Assembly (NCBI GenBank): GCA_965226795.1
Contig: CBDDDZ010000004.1
Coordinates: 704,001-768,000, forward strand
Direction of reading: 5' to 3'
DNA: 64,000 nucleotides
Source: Candidatus Latescibacterota bacterium
GTDB lineage: Bacteria; Latescibacterota; UBA2968; GCA-2709665
The position numbers and the translations under genes were made by a program. Shown piece by piece: positions 60,609-64,000 of the stretch; the first letter of the stretch is position 1; each line of letters starts with the position of its first letter. The notes beneath the pieces are model-generated. The model was given only the letters and a program-made list of their open reading frames with translations, did not search any database and was not told the DNA's origin.

Positions 60609-61811
60609 TCACGTTCCGGTTGTATATCCGCTCCCACAGTATTCTACCGCCGTCATCGCATACACCCGCGCCACCCGAACCAACTCGTCCACGGCCACCG
60701 ACTCGGACAACGTATGCGCTCCCCTCGCATCCGGACCGTGGGTAAGCGCCGGAATACCGGCAAGGGCAGCGTAGGCATTGCCGTCGTCCACGAACGGCTT
60801 GCCGCCCAGGGGCAGTTCTCTACCCGAAACAGCCGCGTGTGCTGCCTGAAACGCGTTGACGACGGCGTCTTCGGGGGAGATCCTGAACGCGTCTCCCTGA
60901 ACATGGAACTCAACCGTCACCGACGTCCCGGACTCCAGCGCGAGTTCGTCGACCAGCGCGCGAAACTCCCGCTCGACGACCCCCGTGCGGTCGGGCGTGA
61001 CCCATCGCCGCGTGCCGTGAACGCTGCACGCTACCGGCGCCTGATTGTAGATCTCACCCGACTCCATGCGCCCCACGAAAACCGTATCGCATCCTGAATA
61101 AGGGTCGGAAGTCCTCACCAGCGCCCTGTTCAGGTTCCGAAGCCGGCACACCAGTTCGGCGCCGGCACCCAGAACGTCGGGCGTATCCGGCGCCCGAAGA
61201 ACCTCGTGTACCGGATCCCCTTCCCTGCGCAACGAAATCTCGAAAATGGCCATTCCCCGTCCGGCCATAGGCAATCGATCCGCCAGATACTCCGGGAGCA
61301 TCACAGCGTCGCCCACATAACCCTCCGCAACGAGAGCCCGTACCTGGCGCCGGTCTCCCCAGGGGCCTTCGTGATGGTCGTGCGCGGTGAGCAGAACGCC
61401 CCCGCCCGTAAGTGCTCCGGTCTCGCGCAACGCCCGGAGCGCCTCGACCGCGGCCGCGATTCCACCCTTCATATCCGAGGCGCCGGAACCGTACAGCACG
61501 CCGTCTTCCAGCCTGGGCGGCACAAAGGGCAAATGCACCGTATCCAGATGGCCGTCGAACTGCAGGGTACGTCCCTGCCGGCCTGTTTCCAACCGAACCA
61601 CAACAGCAGGCGCCTCCGGCCAGTCTGCGTCCGGTCGTTCCACCTGAAATCCATCGTTGGCCAGTATCTCCGCCAGGCAATCCGCCGCGGCGCCGGCGCT
61701 CCGCGTGGGGCTGGGCAACGCGATCAGCGCCATCGCCGTTTCCGCAAGCCGTTCCCGATTCACTGCGGATCGAATTTCGTCCAGCCGGCCCGCATCCGAT
61801 GTGTCGTCCAT
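60609..61811 (-). CDS. M20 (ArgE/DapE-like) metallohydrolase
   Basis: GHLDTV, G.GASDMKGG, HDHHEG, AHT..E. Confidence 0.88.
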   Translation of the reverse strand: MDDTSDAGRLDEIRSAVNRERLAETAMALIALPSPTRSAGAAADCLAEILANDGFQVERPDADWPEAPAVVVRLETGRQGRTLQFDGHLDTVHLPFVPPRLEDGVLYGSGASDMKGGIAAAVEALRALRETGALTGGGVLLTAHDHHEGPWGDRRQVRALVAEGYVGDAVMLPEYLADRLPMAGRGMAIFEISLRREGDPVHEVLRAPDTPDVLGAGAELVCRLRNLNRALVRTSDPYSGCDTVFVGRMESGEIYNQAPVACSVHGTRRWVTPDRTGVVEREFRALVDELALESGTSVTVEFHVQGDAFRISPEDAVVNAFQAAHAAVSGRELPLGGKPFVDDGNAYAALAGIPALTHGPDARGAHTLSESVAVDELVRVARVYAMTAVEYCGSGYTTGT

Positions 61812-62063
61812 GAAACCCTCCCGGGCCCAACGCCCTTACGACTCGTACCGCGTATGCAAAACAGATGTTCAGTGATAGAGAAACCGCAAAAATGGTTGCG
61901 TCGTACGTAGCAAATATGGTATACATATACCCGTCCGGCGGCGTGCCGCCGGGAGGGCGAAAGAACAATATAGAGCAACTCCGGTGCACTTCAAGTACAC
62001 AAACGAGAGCCGCCCGGCGGATCGTCGGGCCGGCTTCGCATTTTTCCGATCCGAGGATGTAAA

Positions 62064-63017
62064 GTGACGCAGGGCAGAAGCGAGGACCCCCTTGCGATAA
62101 CGCTCGGGGTCGAGGAAGAATTCTTCCTTATAGATCCGGACACGCGCGATCTTCTACCGGACCCGGACCGCCGGATTTTCGAGGATTGCGAGAAAAACCG
62201 GGGGCCGCACAAGGTCGTGGCCGAGTTCCTCCGATCTCAGATAGAAGCCACGACCAGAGTCTGCCAATCCGTGGCCGAGGTGCGCGAAGCCCTGGTGGAG
62301 ACCCGACGCTTCGTCATCAATGCGGCCGTAAATCACGATGGCGCTGTCCTGGCCGCCTCCACACATCCCTTTGCGGCCTGGCACAACCAGGTCGTGACCG
62401 CCGGACGCCGCTACGAGCAATTCGCGATGACCTATCAACAGGCGGTTCGGGAACTGCTCGTCGGCGGGATGCACATCCATGCCGGATTCGGCGACGCGGA
62501 CAGCCGCGTGAGGGTGATGACGGCACTGCGGCAGCACCTCCCGTTACTTCATGCGCTTTCGGCCTCATCCCCGTTCAGCAGCGGGCGGGAAACGGGTTTC
62601 AAGTCCAACAGGATCACCCTCTTCAGCAGTCTGCCGCGCACGGGCCTTCCCGGACCGCTGTGCACCTGGGACGAATTCGACCGCCTGGTGGCCGAGAACT
62701 GCTGGCTCGCGCAGCGATACGGCGTCCTCGCCTTCCTGGGCAATACCGGCGGAGAGGGACGCACGGATATCGACGAACTCGCTCACGCGCTCGTGGACGA
62801 ACTTACCGAAGACGCGCGGGCCCTGGGTTGCGAGGCGGAACTGCGGCATACCCTGGACGTCATACGGTTCGGTACCGGTGCTGACCGGCAGATCGATCAT
62901 TTCCGCTTACGCCAGCTGGAAGGCGATTCGGAACCGGACAGACCAGCGCATCCGTTCGCTCCCGAAAGGCGCGGCGAATACACATCACATCCGCTACAGG
63001 ATTTGGCAGCAACGTGA
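62064..63017 (+). pseudogene. YbdK/GCS2-like carboxylate-amine ligase, apparently internally deleted
   Basis: TLGVEEE, E....QIE, G.HIH, ALSASSPF, PRTG.P, then directly EN.W.A.RYG with no WWD.RP..PT.E.R segment. Confidence 0.7.
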
Positions 63018-64000
63018 CGAACTGCGAAACAGTGAAACTGAAAACGGGCGAGCCGCTCGTCATCAGCGAGGTCGAGCCGCCTCTCGGCCGCTTCGCCGAC
63101 AGCGTGGGATGCTGGTGGGAAGCGGTGGAAGAGGATCTTCTCGTGGGCACGCTCGCGCCCTGGCTTGATTGCCCTTACTATATCGGAGAGATAGGCGGGG
63201 AAGTTGCAGGGTACATGACCTGCCTCACGTCCGTGCGGAATCCCGAGGTGGGCCTCGTGGAGTTCGTCAGCACCGCGAACGAACACCGGCGCAAGGGCGT
63301 GGGGACGGCGCTGCTGCGGCAACTGATCGCCCGCTTCGAAGCAAACGGAGGACTGGCCCTGTACCTGTGCACCACGAATCCGGTGGCCGGGCAACTGTAC
63401 GAAAACTGCGGGTTCGACTACTCTGTCGGTGACGGTATGCGTTACCTGTCTGCCACTGCCGGTGACTTCGATGCCTGGTATCTGGCACGCAAGGGCGAGG
63501 CGATTGCGCGTGAGGCCCACTGGGGAGACCTGCCGGGCGCCACTGTCCTCTTCTGTCACCGGCAGCCGGCCTGGGAGATCAAGGAATACCTCAGCCACTG
63601 TTTCCGCGACACCCGTTTCGAGGGCCACTACGTGAAGCTGATGCGCCGCGTCGAGGAGGACCGCGGCGTCATTATGGTGCTTGAGAACCGGCGGCAACGG
63701 GTGGTCGGCTGTGCCATCATCGAACGCCTGCCCACGTTTCAACAGCAGCACGTGGCACACTTGAGCGTCCGCGTCGCCCCGGAATACACCGACCAGACCG
63801 TGGCGCTGCTCGACGATGCCGCCTCCCGCGCTCACGGGATCGGTATTTCGGTTCTGCAGACATACGTCTCGGACGGAGACAAGGACGCTGGAAGAAGGCT
63901 GGAGGAGGCCGGGTTCGAATGCGAGGCGGTCCTGCCCGGCCGCCTGCGAACCGCCGGCGGCCTGACCGGAGTCGCCGTGTACGGCAGGCATCTCGGTGAG
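63014..64000 (+). CDS. Tandem GNAT acetyltransferase, 3'-truncated by window edge (absent from ORF track)
   Basis: GTG 63014, frame open to end: EFVST..EHRRKGVGTALL, LYENCGF, second domain ..LEEAGF. Confidence 0.8.
   Translation, partial: MTNCETVKLKTGEPLVISEVEPPLGRFADSVGCWWEAVEEDLLVGTLAPWLDCPYYIGEIGGEVAGYMTCLTSVRNPEVGLVEFVSTANEHRRKGVGTALLRQLIARFEANGGLALYLCTTNPVAGQLYENCGFDYSVGDGMRYLSATAGDFDAWYLARKGEAIAREAHWGDLPGATVLFCHRQPAWEIKEYLSHCFRDTRFEGHYVKLMRRVEEDRGVIMVLENRRQRVVGCAIIERLPTFQQQHVAHLSVRVAPEYTDQTVALLDDAASRAHGIGISVLQTYVSDGDKDAGRRLEEAGFECEAVLPGRLRTAGGLTGVAVYGRHLGE

Overview
A 64 kb window from a GC-rich diderm bacterium. The gene repertoire resembles FCB-group candidate phyla such as Latescibacterota, which is an inference only. 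It holds housekeeping genes (tRNA-Thr, cysS, ddl, ispDF, queA, dinG, a RelA/SpoT homolog, smc, modBC, epmA, pepA, pyrE) and many catabolic enzymes. A ~14 kb accessory block between smc and modBC carries a YtrA-type GntR regulator, an ABC exporter, two repeat-containing TlpA-like redoxins, an S41 peptidase, a MjaI-family restriction-modification pair and a UDG-like pseudogene. Gene remnants and short palindromic or MITE-like elements are scattered throughout. The top observation is an AbgB-like M20 amidohydrolase (25110..26432, minus strand). Its metal-ligand motif reads GHG-TGA-GHNLLG in frame and is followed by a SECIS-like hairpin, making it a candidate selenocysteine-containing hydrolase. 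Other highlights are a RelA/SpoT homolog with an intact hydrolase but degenerate synthetase coupled to dinG, an EpmA retaining a LysRS-like N-terminal OB-fold, and an unrecognised ~30-aa repeat in the two redoxins. All calls come from reading motifs by eye; no searches were run.
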